Of a stretch of DNA of 49,620 bases, positions 46,701 through 49,620 are shown one piece after another. The stretch comes from Lenisia limosa (taxonomy: Eukaryota; Protista; Breviatea), in assembly GCA_001655205.1 (NCBI GenBank), contig LPNZ01008715.1, positions 1 to 49,620 on the forward strand, given 5' to 3'. The notes under the pieces are model-generated. The model did not search any database. It worked only from the letters and a program-made list of their open reading frames with translations, and was not told the DNA's origin. The position numbers were made by a program, and so were the translations under genes. Position 1 is the first letter of the stretch. Each line of letters opens with the position of its first letter.

Positions 46701-49620
46701 ATGTAGTAACCTACATTCGTTTCTAGTTCATAAATATACAGTAAAGAATAATTTATATGTAAATATATATTATCTTGGAAGGCAATTACACATTATGAGG
46801 CATAACCAACTTCTGCTACAAAGTGTAGTGGCTTCTTAAAGTAGGAGGTGGCGTTATATCTCCATGAAACTCTAACATCCTCTTGTACAAATGGGATACT
46901 ACTGTACTGTACCTTGAAAGTAACAATAAATTAATATAGCATGCAAATGTATTCTTCTACATGTATTTATATGTCAAACTATTGTGATGATAACAAAAAT
47001 AGTCTGAAAAATTATCTATTTCTCAAGATTTGCGTCAAGTCAAGCTTTATTAATATTCTTGATATCTTACCTGTGTTACCATGTTTTTGTGAAGAGTTTC
47101 ATTGAGAGAAAATTGAGATACTGGTCCCTGAATTGTTAAAAGACTTTACCATTTTCATAATGTATTAGTTCCAGTGAAATATATATGACCACCTACTGAT
47201 TCGACAGTTACATTTAATGAAGACGGATTATACAGTTCTTTGTATTCCATTGAGGAAGGTACTAAAAAATTATTTCAGATTATTCAGAATTACAACTGTT
47301 TAATTTACAGGAATAAATTGTTCTTGAATGAGTATATAGATTGGAAATGCACTACATTACTAGATCATGGATTTTGACAATAGAAATTTAGTCCCCCCCA
47401 ACAAGAACAAACTGCAGGTGGCTCAGGCCCTTCCCATTTGCCAGCTTCGCAATTATACCCAGTTATTGCTATCAAGGGGGGCGGACAATTCACATGAACC
47501 AGCATTTTGTCGTGGTGGAAGTCAAGCAGATCATTTGGAATAATGTCTGCAGAAAGGAATGACTGCATTGGTTGACATTGTCCTTGGAGGTCAGTCTTAA
47601 GCAATTGAATTACTTTACTATTTGAATTTGTCGAATTGACTACAATAGTTGTTAATGAAATACATAATCACGGTATAATATATAGCATTGTTTATGAATA
47701 CTGATCTATTAATACGTACCTAGGCACATGTTATCGTACAGCAGTGCAGATGTTTCACACTTGTCACAAAATAGTGATGGACTGCATAATTGCCTAAGCA
47801 GTTAAAGCAGTGTGATTTTTAAACATGTGGAAAATACCTATTAATATGCATATCATATGATAAGATTACTATCTAAAACATATATTTTTGAACACACGAT
47901 AATGTATAGATGATATATACTATAAAAAACAAACCGTGACTCGCTACAATTAATGTTGCAGTAATCATTACATGAGACAAGTGGGTCGATTTCTCCATAA
48001 TTATCCTATAATATTATTTTGCTTTCTTTAATGAAAGACTGATTTCAATTTCAAAAAAGATGAAGTCATAGTGGTTGTGGTATGCTTAATGATTCCAACT
48101 TACTACTAGAACTAATTCTGGTATAGGTATGTCAGTAATTGTCAGGCATGTTGCACTTGCTCCAGCAACAGGTTCATAAGGCAAAACAGGAGGATCTAAG
48201 ATGTGCGGGTATTCAATCTGATCACTGAATGCAGTCTCATCTATACAATGAAACTTCATGATGATGGGATAGACAGAGGATAGTAAGAGTGATATATTGA
48301 ATTATAAGCACACATTTACACTCTGAAGACTAATGTATGTATACATTAGGGGAAACAATACCCCAATGATTATATTCCATCCAATAATATCATTAAAAGC
48401 TAAAAGTATGAAAATCTCTGATTTGACAATTAAAAGGAATCAAGGCCTACGGTATAAGCGTGCACTGAAGGACGATACCCACCCGTATTGTCCAGGAACT
48501 CTATACCTAATTAGAAACTGCTGATAAGAATAAATATAAAATGTCGATGATAACACGTTCAAATAAAGTTAATCTTTACTTTTGCCTAGTATCGCCCTTA
48601 TTGAACCAATTAAGTCAGTTTGACTAGCTTCCGCTTACGATGGAGGAGAAGTCTAAGAGTTAGCGCAGAAGAATTGTTCTCTTACAATATAAAGATGGAC
48701 CTTCAATCTGTCTCCACTTTTGCTATTGGTAATTTGCAAGGTGTCACCATGGTATACACCATCAATTGTAATCCATTCCTAGGATTATAAATAATGTTTA
48801 CTGCCTACAGAATAGCCTTCCTCAGTCTCAATCTTATAGCCAACTTGATTAACTTCAAAGTTGTTTGAGAAATTTAGTGCAATATTTATTACCACAAAAA
48901 AGTCTAAACAATGAGGTGAAAAATTTCAAGTTGAGAGTTGAACAAAAAACAGAATAAATGTTGTACAGGTGTAGTTTTTTTACTTTGACAGAATAGCATA
49001 CCACGAAACGTGTGTGGAAGTGCATCAATTTGAACCTTCATTCCTGACTCCGAACAGCCACTGTTGTAAAAAACGTATCCATAATCTTCATCATAATCTC
49101 TATACAGGTAAAGTGCTTAGATTTTAATGGTAGGGATATAAAATGTTAAGTGTGGAATCACTATTCTATCCGAAATCACGAAATATGATAACTCAATTAT
49201 GAAACGTTATAAATAAGAAGGTGATAGTCAGAAATACAAAATATCCCTCGAACGGGTGGGCACAATCGGTTAGCTTCGTTACCTAAAATGTAAACACAAG
49301 TTCTAAAACCCTTGGTATGTCACCAACTTTTGAAGCTAAGAAATGTCCAGAATTTCTTTCCAGTTGAAAATCTGAACTTGTTACAAAGTTGACAAGAAGA
49401 TATTTAAAATTAACAAAATATATTCTCTCAAACTGAAAACAAAACCAATCTGTAGACTCGTATCATTTGAGTGTGTTTAAACCTCAACATTCAACCTCTC
49501 ACTGTCACAGCTTGTAGATTGACTTCCTACCAGACAACCGTCATGACAATTATCTAAAAATTCATATAGGTGAGTGCACACGACCGCGACCTGTAACATA
49601 ACCGCGACCGCTTTTCAAAT
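34797..49620 (-). CDS. Very large cell-surface protein: sushi/CCP array, EGF-like, IPT/TIG-like and Cys-rich (ephrin-receptor-like) repeats, then a multi-pass membrane C-terminus; 5' end beyond window
   Basis: Sushi: CRGAPPEMHNSTYTGTSSVGDNVIYQCDEG and CDFSCNYGFVLIGDTQVTCEANGT. EGF: GECVAPYKCNCFDGWIGDRCD. TIG-like: STGGLVTISGQ...IQFNVPQINSGLYDIGLTY. Cys-rich: CTCRPGYYL...CSPCPHGSY. Juxtamembrane: CLVAESCSGG...CAKCADDYFAEGTYCFKC. Several hydrophobic helices follow (e.g. IGVLSLIITCLQIISVIGSVRIRWP); stop at 34797-34799. Confidence 0.78.
38424..39056. mobile_element. ~633-bp MITE-like element with ~60-bp imperfect TIRs in an intron of the large surface-protein gene
   Basis: Left TCAAAGCTCCGGACAGCATTCAAAATTCACCAGACACATCAAAACTCTCGGACAGCTTGAA versus reverse complement of right TCAAAGCTCCGGACATCATTCAAAATCTCCAGACACATCAAAACTCCCGGACAGCTTGAA. 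No coding capacity and no clean TSD. Lies between host exons ending near 39250 and starting near 38388. Confidence 0.8.

Noticed and set aside
23-48524. Most 60-140 aa ORFs in the supplied track as independent genes
   Set aside because: They are antisense or off-frame shadows of spliced exons, exon-plus-intron read-throughs, or ORFs spanning N gaps, often with non-ATG starts.
49575-49620. Repeated ACCGCGACC motif at the window end, possibly another transposon terminus
   Set aside because: The partner end is not visible in the window and two 9-bp copies alone are insufficient.

Overview
Eukaryotic, visibly AT-rich and very intron-dense genomic DNA (standard code, GT-AG introns with loose donors) from a short-read scaffold with six N gaps. 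The ORF track is mostly exon fragments or antisense noise, so I spliced the genes by hand. Seven host genes alternate in orientation. (1) An APC4-like gene, minus strand, running off the left edge. (2) A PAP2-like membrane protein, plus. (3) A clear homologue of the CatSper auxiliary subunit TMEM249, minus. (4) A CudA-type DNA-binding domain plus linker-SH2 (STAT-like) protein, plus. (5) A type I membrane protein with three Cys-bounded repeats, minus. (6) A ~14-kb soluble adenylyl cyclase-like gene (two class III cyclase domains, STAND AAA ATPase, helical tail), plus. (7) A >14.8-kb sushi/EGF/TIG/Cys-rich multi-pass surface protein, minus, 5' end beyond the window. Three inverted-repeat elements sit inside introns. 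The most notable is a 1,427-bp TA-flanked element that interrupts the SH2-coding exons and carries its own intact four-exon, 205-aa gene with no recognisable transposase motif. Family calls rest on motifs I recognise from memory, not database searches, and several exon boundaries are approximate. The organism cannot be named from this window.
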